Shown one piece after another: positions 1-12,290 of a DNA stretch of 37,871 nt. The first letter of the stretch is position 1, and every line of letters begins with the position of its first letter. The stretch is from assembly GCA_002633005.1 (NCBI GenBank), contig NMRA01000575.1:51870-89740 (forward strand), given 5' to 3'. The DNA is from Phoronis australis. Lineage: Eukaryota > Animalia > Phoronida. The notes beneath the pieces were generated by a model. That model searched no databases. It saw only the letters and a program-made list of their open reading frames with translations, and was not told the origin of the DNA. A program made the translations under genes and the position numbers.

Positions 1-468
1 CTAGCAAGATGTTTTAGAATTTTTTCGTATTAATGTGCATTCCTGTTAATTTTAGCCCGTTACAGTTTAGGAGTTTTATTTTTTAAGCAAAAGGGGCAGA
101 AGTCTATGAGTACGATTACCAGTTAGACATGGCGTACACGGTCATCAAACGTTCCCACAGATCTAATAGACACTTTAAACATATATTATTAGATTGCAAA
201 CGGTCTGTCAACCAATGGCTCAATGTTAAGCAAACAAACAAACCCTGGCAATTGCTCTACAGACACATGTATGGATGCAATTGCTGAAATTCTTGGGACA
301 GATGGACTGTTACCTTTTGATAACTCTCGTCAATCCATGTTTAAACGTCCTTGGAAAGCAACTTTGCACTCTGCATATTTCCCCAAAAATCAGATAACCT
401 ATATTTTAGTTAAGAGAATGCAAAAGTCTAAAAATATCTAGTTAGAGTTAATAAGGACTTTAAAAATC

Positions 469-616
469 AAACTGACAAACCTACATGTATTGACAACACA
501 AAGGTAACACATCTAGTTGCAAAGTGTTAGGCCTTTCTCAAAACTGTCAAACCTACATGTATTGACAACACAAAGGTAACACATCTAGTAGCAAAGTGTT
601 AGGTCTTTCTCAAAAC
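469..616. repeat. 72-bp tandem repeat x2
   Basis: aaactg(a/t)caaacctacatgtattgacaacacaaaggtaacacatctag at 469 and 541. Confidence 0.9.
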
Positions 617-2274
617 GCTGACAATTTAGACTGTGGTGCACTTCAGAAATAAAAATGACCTAAAAAACTATTGAAAGTTCAGTTAAATTTGAAAATATTT
701 TAGCTTGTGTAAGATTAGAATTATTTGGGTTTAAATTTTAGCTGAACCATCATGTGATAAAGCCAACATTACGAAATGAAGCGGAAGTGTTTATTTAACT
801 CAAAAGAAGAGGGAAATTTTCTTCAGATTATGACACAGCAACCACTTAATAGAAGAATAGCGTTTCATGGCAGGGAACCTTTTTGTAAATGCTAACACAC
901 CAACCACTACAAGGACATACAAATAAGATATACGTCCAGGTATTTACACTGAAATCTAAAGCAACATTATCAACCACACAAAATGAGGGATAAATAAGTA
1001 CATTTACCATTTACATGGACTCTACTACCCAACAGCGATCGTTTTCTTGCTTGGTGAATGGAGTTCGCTAAATGATACATTTCAACAACTACATGTTGTA
1101 AACGTACAATTTTGTGTGAATTTTGAATTACCACTATGATTGTAGCAAGAATGGTAGTACATATTATGCTACCAAATCACTCAATTTGCTGTCAGTGCAG
1201 ACATTTTTTCTGGGTACATTATAGTCTGACTTCGGAGATAACTCATTGCCTTGTTAGAGCAACATGTTACACGGATCCAATCGAATCTCCCAACGGACAC
1301 AAATTCCGAACCGAAACATCATCTGGAATTGCCAAAAAATAAATGCAGCCTAAACTGAGCCCGTGGGCATATTTTGGGATAACTTTACAAAATTATGCAA
1401 TCGGGCGCATCTCTTTTAAAATCTTTCTGGAAAGTATTAAAATACTTTTGTAATAGCGCCCAGTGTAAAATTGTTATGTAATGTAGGTGGTTGTTAAATA
1501 TTGTTTATTTTGGCCAGATGTTGTATTCTTGATCACACACGTGACTATCATTTAAGGAGATATACTGGAATTTTGTTAGTAACTAACTGTATTTGCACTG
1601 CATAAAGTAAAGTTATAAACTGTGCTCACCGAGTGAAAATTAAAGGCTTGATAATTGTTAGTGCAATACAACTACCATAGATAAAAAGATTTAAATTGGA
1701 ACACAGAATGCTTGATACAATCTCCTAAAATACTGTTCCTTTACAAAAATACGGGAGATAACATTTTACGTTTTTGAAGAGCCGTTTTTCGAATATCCGC
1801 CAATAGAAATGCCTGTAGTATTGGAGAAGGCCTAAAACCCAACGTTTTCTATTGTACATCTAAGACAAGTTTGCATCCCCGGCATTGGAATAAAAAGCGG
1901 TATTCCGTCATTGATAATAAGGCAGTTCATACAAAACATCTCCGCCTTGTAATCAAGAATTAAAACTGCAAGGGCAGCGAGACAGCTTAATCAGTGCTCA
2001 TCGATCGAATATTTCTTTCATCCATATTTTATGTGTTTCAGCGTCAGGAATTTAAAGCAAGAGACATGTCATTATGTTCTTCTAATTAAAAGTATTGGTC
2101 TTATCTCACATTGATCGACCAGCCTATTGAAAAATTCGACCTATAGTTTAGGTAAACACCTGATCGATGGCGTTTGTTTTCCGACGTAGGAAATGAATTG
2201 CTGGAAAAAATAGTCAGAGGTAAAGTCATTGTGCAACTGATGCCAATGCAAATTATAGCAGCTTAGTATGTTTT

Positions 2275-2480
2275 GACACGTGTTGACACAGTTGTAAGAT
2301 CCATGGGATGTTTATAGTAAATATTGCTTTTAATGGATGGGCGAGGAAGCTTTTGTGACGTGTATAAACAGTTGTAAGATCCATGGTACGTTTATAGTTA
2401 ATATTTAATATATCAGATTGGCGAGGCAGGTTTTGTGACGTGTTCACACGATTGTAAAAGTTCATGGAAACGTTTAATAA
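2275..2480. repeat. About 80-bp tandem repeat x2.5
   Basis: cagttgtaagatccatgg at 2289 and 2370, with a diverged third copy near 2450. Confidence 0.85.
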
Positions 2481-3164
2481 AGACATTTAAATAATTTGAT
2501 GATAATACGAAATGAAAAGTGCCGAGGATGTGCTCTCATGTTTTTGCAATGCGGACATGTACTTGAATTTTTTAACGAATTACAAAGTTTATTTTAAATA
2601 TAGTAGGCAGTGCCATTATTCTACTTGATTAAATGCACTACTATTGCATTCTTTGGAGATTATTTCGCGAAATCAATCACATATAGATTCTAGCGTAATC
2701 CTTTATTGATAATAGTCCCAAGACCACCTCTAGTCCTCTGTTTTAGTGACGTAAGACAAAATGTAAATGAAATTTTCATGCTATGGAAGCACTGCCAGGA
2801 TACGCAAATACATTGTACCTAAAAAGATATGAATCACCCTTTGGTATAGCACTTGGAGACCTCCCACAAATTCACTGTAAATTTCAAGCAAGCAGATATA
2901 ATGAGTGTGAAAAAGAAGGCAGGTGATTTCCTCCTCACTTGTGTCGTTAAATTTCTGTTATTTTGTATGAAAAACTTATTTGAAAACAGTACGGTGGATC
3001 GATCACTACGTGGGTGGCAGTATATGACTTCCTGTAGTATGCAGTCGGTAGGTGTCGCATTATAGTAGTTCGTCATCAATTCTTGCTTCTCCATAAAGAA
3101 AATAATAGCGATTGTTATACATGCAGCAGCGTAGCATTTATGACGTCATTCAGCAAGTCATTAG

Positions 3165-4303
3165 AACCAAAAATTTTAGACTTATGGTTATGAATCTGCT
3201 TTTGATTGTTGCTTATGATGCCCTTGATAGCGACCAAACCTTCCAAGGTGAGGAACAACCGAACTTTTAAATACCAATGATTGTACAAAATGCGACAAAC
3301 AGGTCGATTTGGGCTCATCCACTCTTAAAGAAAAGATACAAATTTGGAAAACTGCGACTGAATTTTTCAAGCTATTATCAGTCATGCTTAATTTGTGGCG
3401 TCTGTACTGGGTGTACATGTATGTTAAGGGATAGCCGATAGAAGATGCCGTTAGGGGGAGCAACTGTATGATTTAGAGTACAACTCCTGTCGAATCTGTA
3501 GAATTGGCATGACAAAAAATTTTCATTATGTTTGACCGTGCCCCTCGAGGAGGGGGGGGGGCTGTTCTGGGCCCCTAAATCCGCCTTTGTAATTGTCCCG
3601 ACGTTACTGTCACATTGTCATCTTCACGTGTCATATCATTTGCTTATGTTTTTTCTTTGTAGTATCAAAACTTCTTTTTAACATTAAATAGTTTTATTTG
3701 AGTTGATAAAATTGTATACGAGTATAAAAATTATTTTGAATGGAAATGAGTAATTAACGTTCACAACTACATCTCATCTTAACATATTTTTTTAATTTGT
3801 GTAGTTGTGAGTAAGAATTGTTATTATCTGTAGGTATTTAGCCCAGATACAATGCCTCTTGGAGATTTCTGTTGAAAAATATTTTTATTGAACTGAATGA
3901 TTCATAATAAACATTAAAAATGTAACATTTTTCTTCAGTTTCAGAAAATCACTTTCTTTCAAAATGAACAAAAAGCCGGTAGCCCCTTTGCCTCGTTTTG
4001 GCCAATGTCCTGAGACGGCAAGCAATAAATTCTGCATCTTTCAAACCAACAGGACACTGAATTGGTACATTGTACTGACAATGTACCCGTGAATATGAGG
4101 AGACAATGATTTACTCAGTCTGACTTATATTGAGCCACATTTTGACACTCGTTGGATGCGCAAAGTAAAATGCCGGTACATATGGTGACACACAAAAATG
4201 TGAGGGTTGTAGATCAATGTTTTGCTTCATTTTCACGAGCATGTTAGTGTGCAATAGGGCCGGGATGGTCACTGGTGAAGTACTGCTTATTGAAATCTCC
4301 ATT
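3165..4303 (-). pseudogene. Probable older, strongly decayed ZU5/UPA paralogue
   Basis: Collinear by-eye similarities to the 32464-33221 peptide across frames: LQPSHFCVSPYVPAF..PTSVKMWLNIS vs LHPQRVCLQTGVPAFTVPVTMKVDVS; KGATGFLFILKES vs KDPSTFFIFRLSN; YFS..HCIWAKYL vs HFSEHVIGWTEYF; NRPVCR..HW..LEGLVAIK..HKSKI vs DREICK..EW..VGDVVVMK..RSRKV. Stops and frameshifts lie between the blocks. Confidence 0.45.
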
Positions 4304-7300
4304 CTGCAACCCTAGCACATAGATCGACTGGTGGTGAGACGTTGAATTTCATGTGAACTTAATGTTGCAGTAAATAAGTAAGTAAGTATAAGTAATTTTT
4401 ATTAGAGTGACATGTGTTCAAGTAGATTCAAGCGATATAACGTAACAAAACAAGAACACCCAGTCCTCCACGGGGCTTATTAGTCACTGTAGATGCATGA
4501 AAAAACAAAAGAGAAAAAAAAAACAAGTGTGCACACATTGTAGGGGGTTCAAAAAGAGAACACAATGATAAAAGTGATCATTTAAACAAATCCTGATTTC
4601 AAAAATATTTTTGATAAAAAAATCATGAAGTTTTACTGATACCACGTTTTGCATAACTGTTATTAATCTACCTTCACAGCTTTCTGCACAAAACCATTTG
4701 AGTTCAAAAGATGTTTCAGGCATATAAGAAAAACGGACACTCAAACAGAAATTGTACTTCAGTTTCAACCAGTTTGACAAAGACAACTAATTCTACCATG
4801 AAAATCCAGAGAACAAAAACGCCCAACCTTAGCCAATAGCTGGGGGGATCCGGTTCTAATTTGAGCAAGAATTGACCTACTAGGTCCTGTTGAGTCTAAC
4901 TGCACGTAAAACAGTATTCATCATAACATAAGTTCTTAACTTTGGTTTCAAACAGCATTCAAACAGCCACCTATTACAAGCCAAATAATGCAAAATATTC
5001 TCATAGCGAGAGAGATTAACTGAATGTACGTGTAAGTTGCAAAAAAAATCCGAAATCGCCAATTCCTCAAAACTTCAGATTACCGATTATTACTTCAGGC
5101 AGTGTAGTCCAACCGAAACATTCGATACAGTACAGCCACTGATTTATTAGACCCTCTCCGGTGTATCTCCGGTCTAGCCACCCGTGACCGTAACCGGAGA
5201 CAGACCGGAGAGTGAGGCGTGAATCAAGCATGACAGCTGGCGTGAGTCTAAGCGTGACTGTATCTGGAGCTTAACGTGAGTTAGTTGTGAACGAAGCGAG
5301 AGCCAGCCCTTAGCCAGCTAGGCGTGAGTTTACCTGCATCGCAGATGAAAAAGTAATTTACTAAAATTATATCAGTAACTAGCAATGATGTGTGTATTCT
5401 CATAAACTTCTGCTCAGGTGAGGTTTAATTTTTTTGAAATCGTCACATGCAGTAAAAGACCAAAATTTCCGTCTCGAATCTTAAGAGTGAAGTACATGTA
5501 CGGCTCACAGCAGGCAAAAATGCCCAGAGGGTTGATAAACCCAATGTCACCGATTTGAACCATACTATGCATTTTAGTTACCTTTGGGATGATAAACAAA
5601 ACAGTAAAGTCCAATCTCATTTTACCTTGTTTAAGTGGGAGAAATCAAGGAGCCTCTATTTCAGGGGTATGCCATGCAATGAACTCGCCGAAAATGCCTT
5701 ATTTGCACTGCACAATAAAAAATATCGGCGCTCGAGATCATTATTTGTTTGTAATTTTTAAATAAAGCAAGTCTATGGCTTTACAAAGATGTTAAACAAT
5801 ACTCATTAACTCTGCCGCTAAGTTAAAAATTCCAGGCATAAAGTATAGAGGGGTCAGAGGTTAACAAGGCATTGCAATTTCGCCACACTTTGAGCCCGTA
5901 TATCTCAGCTGGCACAACACTGATCAACACCAGAGTTTTACACAAGACGTTTCTATGTTATTGCTGTTGATTAGTTAAATAAAATTTTCTGGCGCTGAAC
6001 ATTTTTCTATACAAATTGCAAGATTGCGACAACCACCTGAGTAGAAATTACCTTTAATACCGATACGTGTTTGGAACATTACAACACCAGTGAAGTGCAT
6101 AGTTTTGATTCAAAAGTTGATTTATTATTATTTAGTTTTGTGTCATTAATCCAGGCGCAATTTTTTAAGGTATTTTTCCTTATTAATTAAAATTTCGCGT
6201 TTTTCGTGAACCCAGTGTCCAACAACAGGTGTCATTTTAGTGGTGGCAAAATGGTTCCGGTTGGCGAATCCTTACTTGCTGTGTTATCTGCTAGTATGAT
6301 GGAGTGTGATGAAGTGTATGGAACATCAAAAGAATGTCCTCTGCACATTTGTGAAGTATTGATGGGGCATAAAGTGAGTAGCAAACCACTGCACCTACAG
6401 ACTGTGCGGCAACTGACAATTTACATATGCGTGTTCACCGGACCCGTGTCACGCCTGTGTGACTGCGTCCAAGGCAAGGGCAAGACACCGGGCTCATCTT
6501 GGAATTCTGTGGAAACCATGTAGACTCTGCAAACAGCCATTTCATTAGTGGTAGCTCGCGTGCCAAGCCTGAAGTGGGGATGCTTGTTGAAATGTCTAAA
6601 GTCAACTTACTTTCACAGGAACTCAACAATGTCAATGCATTTGTATTCTTTCCTGTTGGATCTGGTGAGTACTACTACTGCTTTGTTTGAATTTGAGGTT
6701 ATCACGATAGCATTGTGGCGGTAATAGTCAGTTTTGTGGATACATGATTTGAGAACCAGTTAACACCGCTAGAAACAACAGATGTTATTCTAATACGGTA
6801 CCCTGCAATGCAAGTTACTGGTAACTCCCTTCAGGAAGATCACAAACTGTGTGACCATGCATGTACCACAAAAATGTAACAACAGTACTTCTTTTTGAAC
6901 ATGTAGTATAGACAGAGCTTTTACACACTGGTGAAATTTAGTAGTCCTAAGCCTAAACAACTGATTAACAGTCTTGTTTCCTAAGGGCAAATCAGTGATA
7001 TACCTGCCCTGTTGCCGTTGTTGGAGTCTAGGCTAGCCTAGAGCTATTCAGTCCACTTACTAATAGCGTCTTGTGTTAGTTGTAAGTTTTGTCTGGGATT
7101 ATGTGCACCTAGTGACCTGTACTTGTTGCAAGCGGAAAATGCAATATCTCATTGACTTTCACTTTTCAACAACCAATATTGTTGTTATGCGTCTTCTTTT
7201 TAGCTCATTACAGGAAGTATTTTTTCTATAGATATGTTGATGAATGCTGTAGTTATAGCATTATAAATTCCAATTTTAACTGCCAACCTGCATGCTGGAA

Positions 7301-8164
7301 TTTCTTTTCACTTCAGCTGTCAGTGAATTATGTAATTCTGGAAATCATAGCGTGTCGTTATGTTTTATGAGTTCCACTATGTTGACATTTGTTGTCTGGA
7401 TATGATATTCATTTGATGTCCAAAGGAATCCAATCAAACTGGCAAAAATAAATCAGGTACCCGCAGTGTTTTTTCTTGTTGTACTTATGGTCGTTTTACA
7501 TATTACACTCCATGGGTCAAATGAATTATCTCAGCTAAAATCATTGGATCACTCAGCGGCAGTCACACCTGTGTAGTGGCTGGGCTCTGCAAAGTTCTGC
7601 AAAAAGTGTATAATTCGATAATTTTACAGCCTGCCTGTCATTTTGCAGAAAGTAGAGCAACAAAGCAGACCCCTCAAAAACTGCACAGGCGATGAAGACG
7701 GATGAGCAGTTTCGGGAGGAAGGCTAGCTGACACTACAACAGGATAAAGGTTTCTTTTCACGCTTGGCTGCCTTGAACTGCGCTGGAAAATGGTCAAATG
7801 AGGGAGATAATGAACTTGACAGTTAGTGATGTGCAGTAATACTCCGGATTTCATCTTTGTTCGAAAATTATACAATCTGTTGGGTTGTCTGAGTGATTTA
7901 ACCAGTTGTTATTGATGTGATATTGTAGAGATAAATTTAAAATGCAATATAGCAACACTTGCTGTGATTTTGTCAGTAAAATTTAGGATTTTTAGTCAGT
8001 GTTCTGGTTGAAACTTTGCTGTCCAATTTATTTAAAGATGTTGGTATTTCAGTTTTCATCTTTCAAATTCATATTGCACTCAGTCTCTCTTAACTAAAAA
8101 GTGAAGCCTTATCTGAGTTTTAAGTTATGTACAAGCTTAAGGAAAGGTAGTGACTTAGGCATAC

Positions 8165-8700
8165 TTGAACCAATTCACTGGCATTTAGATCAAAGAACAT
8201 ATTTGCATATCTCGTTTTTCCATGCTACTTTGTACCACTTAACCGGGTGATCAGTGTTAAGTAAACCAGATTACAGTTACATTAAATATCATTTTGACTT
8301 TAATCTGTTCCAACATTGTTTTTGCAGAATGAGAGTATGTGATGATGAGTAAAGAGAGGTGCCGAGGTCACCTGTATTCTGAATTGTTAACATCAGTGTC
8401 ATGTTTGAGCCAATTCACTGGTATTTAGATCTTTTAAAACATTTAGACATCTCGTGTTTTCCATGGTAGTTTGTATAAATTAACCAGGCAATGAGTGTTA
8501 AACCAGATTCTGGTCGTATTAAATGTCACTTTTTACTTTAAAGTGGTCCAACATTGTATATACAGAGTGGGGAGTTACGTATGGGATGAGGAGGTACATG
8601 TAAGCGAGATCACATGTATTTTGAACAACTAACATAGGAGTCTCCTATTTGAGCCAGTCCATTAGCACTTAGATCATATACCACATTTAGATATCTCTGA
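8165..8700. repeat. Diverged tandem repeat with about 240-bp period (2.2 copies) inside the transposon
   Basis: ttga(a/g)cca.t.ca.t.g.a.ttagatc at about 8165, 8405 and 8649; agtgttaa..accagatt and tccaacattgt also recur at the same spacing. Confidence 0.75.
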
Positions 8701-10465
8701 TGTGATTTTGCCCTAGAAAGTTGGTAGTCTTGCTATTAAAGCACCTCGAAGACTAATTAGCAGTTAGAACCCAATGTGCATGAAGTTATATTTTGAACTG
8801 AGTTTCAAAGTTTATATGCTGTATATTGTCTGTCTGCTGAGAAGTCATGAGCTACAATACAATATCTGTCGTGTACTTATGGACTTTATACTGAAAGCAG
8901 CCATTATCATCCTCACTTCTTTCACATGACCTCTGCAGTGGATCATGCTTCCAACATGAGGCATTTGTATAGTCAGGTAACAGCTGATCACCTGGAACAG
9001 GATACATGTACCTTTGCCCTCTGGAGGACTGGGAAGTAATATGAATTCACTCTTTAGACTTCTCACAACTAGTCACACCCAGTTATTCAAGTACGTTCCT
9101 CTGTGCCTCCCACTGCGCAGGAATTCTCACTTGTGGCTGGTTCCATGTTGTCAGCCCCCATTGCTACTCGAAAGTCTCCCATTTTTCACTTGTGTCAATC
9201 ACAGCAAAATGCGCGCAGATAACAAAATGATAACATTAGCCAGCCATACCACTTCAAAATTGAAGTTATTGTGACTTTGGTGGCTGTATAACGTCCATGG
9301 AATGACTCTGACCAGTGGTTTTGAATTTGCCTTGCCTGTAATTGCCGGTGAATCTTTCACCTTGACACTGTCCTCCGCTTTCAACGCCCTGCATCAAAAC
9401 CACTTGAAGATTCTTAAAGAAATGTTTGTTCAGACACACTCCACAGCTAACCCACAGTAAGCATCTTTGTAAACAGGACAATCACAGATAAAACCATAAA
9501 TAAATGATCTTTCTCATACAACACTGTAAGATTTGGAACGTCGCAAGTGGGGAGAGGGCAACACGATTTTTGAAGGAAAATGTTATGAAAATGATTTGTC
9601 GGCGTTTTTTTTTGTTTTTAGCCGTGCAAATAAGATTACTGAGCTTTGTGAAACCAGTGAGATTTGAATTTCGACTCTCGCAAAAAGGTGTCCTGCCAAA
9701 ACGACTGCTATTTGCGTAGTATGTATCCTAATTCCATGACTGCGAGCACTTTTTAGAAATAAAGTAGTGTACCCTCGGTGCCTAGAAAATACAAAATCTG
9801 ATGAATGATAAATTGATTCGCCGTTTGCTGGCCAACTATTAACAAATGTTCACTTTTTTGTTGACGTTTGTCGGCATTACTCATTGTGGTGAAATGGCGT
9901 AACCACCAGTCATTTTTTACTTCAAATGACATGAAATCCGTTTTAGACCTAAAATAGCTCAACACACTGGTTGGCACTAAAATGTTCTGAAACCTCTGCC
10001 AGCTGAGATATCGGGATACGAATTTAGTCAATTTTGACAGTTTCAAAAATCACTAAAAGTACTCATCTTATGCGGCTCTAAAAACAGACAAAGAATTATT
10101 GAAATCTTTTAAATTTTCATGAATAAAGTAGTCGAAAGTCACACCTGATCAATAACACAGGTTCAATATTTCAACGTTACTTCCACTGCGTAACGTAACT
10201 GTCTGAATTTTACTAAAACTTAACTGCCGCCAGGCTGAAAACTTGTCGGAAACAAATAGTATCCATGGAAACCAAAAGGGGGCATTTTGAAAAAAAAATA
10301 AAGGTGGTCTGGAGTCAGTGGGGCCAGTGTCATCTCACAGACAAAATATAAAGAGAATCTGTGACACAGCGTTTATCACCCTCTGCCTGGTCCATTCCCG
10401 AACATGCTCTTAAGTCACTTCAGGAAACAGACCTTTGGACCTTACTTTTCACTCATATATAATCA

Positions 10466-10471
<6 letters not shown>

Positions 10472-10499
<28 letters not shown>
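10472..10499. repeat. (TA)14 microsatellite
   Basis: Read directly. Confidence 0.95.
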
Positions 10500-10503
<4 letters not shown>

Positions 10504-11517
10504 GTTCTTTATATAAACTAATAAAGAATCTTAGCACGCGTGTACATGGCAGAATTATTCAATTGCCTTCACGATATGAAGGAGCATAGCATGTCAATTC
10601 TGAGTACATTGATCCCAAGTTCCGGCATCATGCGGAGAAAACTGATCGCACCCATGCATTTGACGAGTCAAACAGATGACCGTTATTATTATTATAATGA
10701 AGAATTACCCCGGGGATACCGTGTACTCAGTCGAAACGCATGTACTACGGTAAAAAGGCTACAAATAATTGAACTGCAATACGGATTGAGGACTTTTAAG
10801 TCAAAACATTTGCTTGCAGTAAGGGATGGGTATGTCAGAAGGACGGCCTATTGAAATTTTCTGTACGCCAGTACGGTGCAAAAATTTACAGAGTGACACA
10901 ATACTTCACAAGATGCGTAGTCTATTTTATGGCGAAAAACTATATCCACCTGTGACAAGTTTCAAGGAGTCTACAGCCAGGTAAAAATGACCTTGGACAC
11001 AGCGCCGCGTTCATTCGTATTTACTAACCGTGGTTTCTGTACTTGTGTGTCGTTGATGGGACTGGCTCTTAAGTAGGAAATTGAACATGTACATGTAAGT
11101 GTAACACTAGAGCTACAGGGAGACGTTTGTATGAACAACACGTTAAATTACAGTTAGTCGGAACCCAAGTGTAATAGGTGAATGCTTGCAAAGATACTCT
11201 ATAATATACTATAATGTCTTTGCAACTTGACCGAAAAGACAGGCAATCAAGACGTTACATGCATTTTTACTAGTTAGACCGGTGCCCGATCATGGTTACG
11301 ACAGCTACCAAGGGCGTGACGAAAGCGTGAGGTAAGCGTTAACGAGGCGTGAGGAAGGCGTTAACTAATCAGGAGGTAAGCATGAGTACTACCCAGAGAG
11401 CAGGCGTGAGGCGACCGACCGTGACTGATTTCTGTCATGCCAGCGTTCCTGTTGCTCTCCGGTCTGGCCAGGCGTGAGGTAGCCCGGACGAAGTCTAAAA
11501 ATTCAATGGCTGTACTG

Positions 11518-11664
11518 TATGTTAGTTGTTCTTACTCGAAATTAATAAAAAATTCCACCTTCTCAGATTACCGATTATTACTTCAGGCAGTGTAGTCCCA
11601 CCAAAACATTCGATATGTTAGTTTCTCTTACTCGAAATTAATAACACAATTCCACCTTCTCAGA
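11518..11664. repeat. About 96-bp tandem duplication, continuing from 5075-5127 across the transposon
   Basis: cagattaccgattattacttcaggcagtgtagtcc at 5076 and 11564; tatgttagtt..cttactcgaaattaataa at 11518 and 11614. Confidence 0.85.
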
Positions 11665-12084
11665 AGCTCAATTTTCCGCCGAACACTGGGGAATTCCCAC
11701 CCATAACATTTAAGAGCATGATTAGAAGCAAATATGTTAACGCCCAAGAAAAATATCGCGGATCTATCCTGCATGACATTATAAGGCTGTAAACTAGAGC
11801 CACGCCAGAGACCTTCACAATAATCACTACCAGACACAACACATGCATTGAATAATGTAATGAATGTTGTGTACCTCATATTTTTATTCTTTTAAAAAGT
11901 TTTAATTAAAACGCCGGAAGCTCTTGTGGCAGATTCTGACAGAGTTTTAGTAGTTTGAGAAAACGTCAAATGTTCACTTAAAATTATTCCTAAATATTTA
12001 TAAATGGGCACATAGTCTAGGTCTAATCGGTCAAACCGAAAAGATATAGACTAAGAGAGATATGCTTGGATCTGAAGTGTAATT

Positions 12085-12290
12085 TTCTCCTGACCGACAA
12101 TTAGCCTCCGTTTAGAGCACCATTCGTCAACTATATGCCATAAAACCTGTAAATTTCCTTCGCTTTCGGCAAGTACTAATATATCAACGGTATCAAACAA
12201 AGATGAAACATTATCCGAATCTAAATATAACTGTTTTAATTTCACTGCCAAATCTTTTACGAACAGTGCAAAAAGAGTAGGTGATAAAAC
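12085..12290 (-). mobile_element. Degenerate non-LTR retrotransposon (LINE) reverse transcriptase fragment
   Basis: LSPTLFALFVKDL...VSSLFDTVDILVLAESEGNLQVL..VDEWCSKRRLIVGQEK matches LSPxLFx.F..DL / YADD.VL.A.S...LQ / WC..W.L.VN..K. The YADD motif has decayed. Confidence 0.8.

Larger units (their letters stand above)
5128..11517. mobile_element. About 6.4-kb DNA transposon with TIRs and TA target duplication (Tc1/mariner-like termini), no intact transposase
   Basis: Left end CAGTACAGCCACTGATTTATTAGAC; reverse complement of right end CAGTACAGCCATTGAATTTTTAGAC. TA at 5126-5127 and 11518-11519. Empty site cattcgaTAtgttag at 11607-11621. Subterminal GCGTGA clusters at both ends. Confidence 0.85.

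Noticed and set aside
1267-1325. Strong minus-strand acceptor followed by DDVSVRNLCPLGDSIGSV*
   Set aside because: It cannot be linked to an upstream exon and has no domain similarity.
5400-6057. Kolobok-like TTAA-AGG ends (also near 12892 and 16040)
   Set aside because: Only one clear terminus in each case; the partner TIR and target duplication could not be established.
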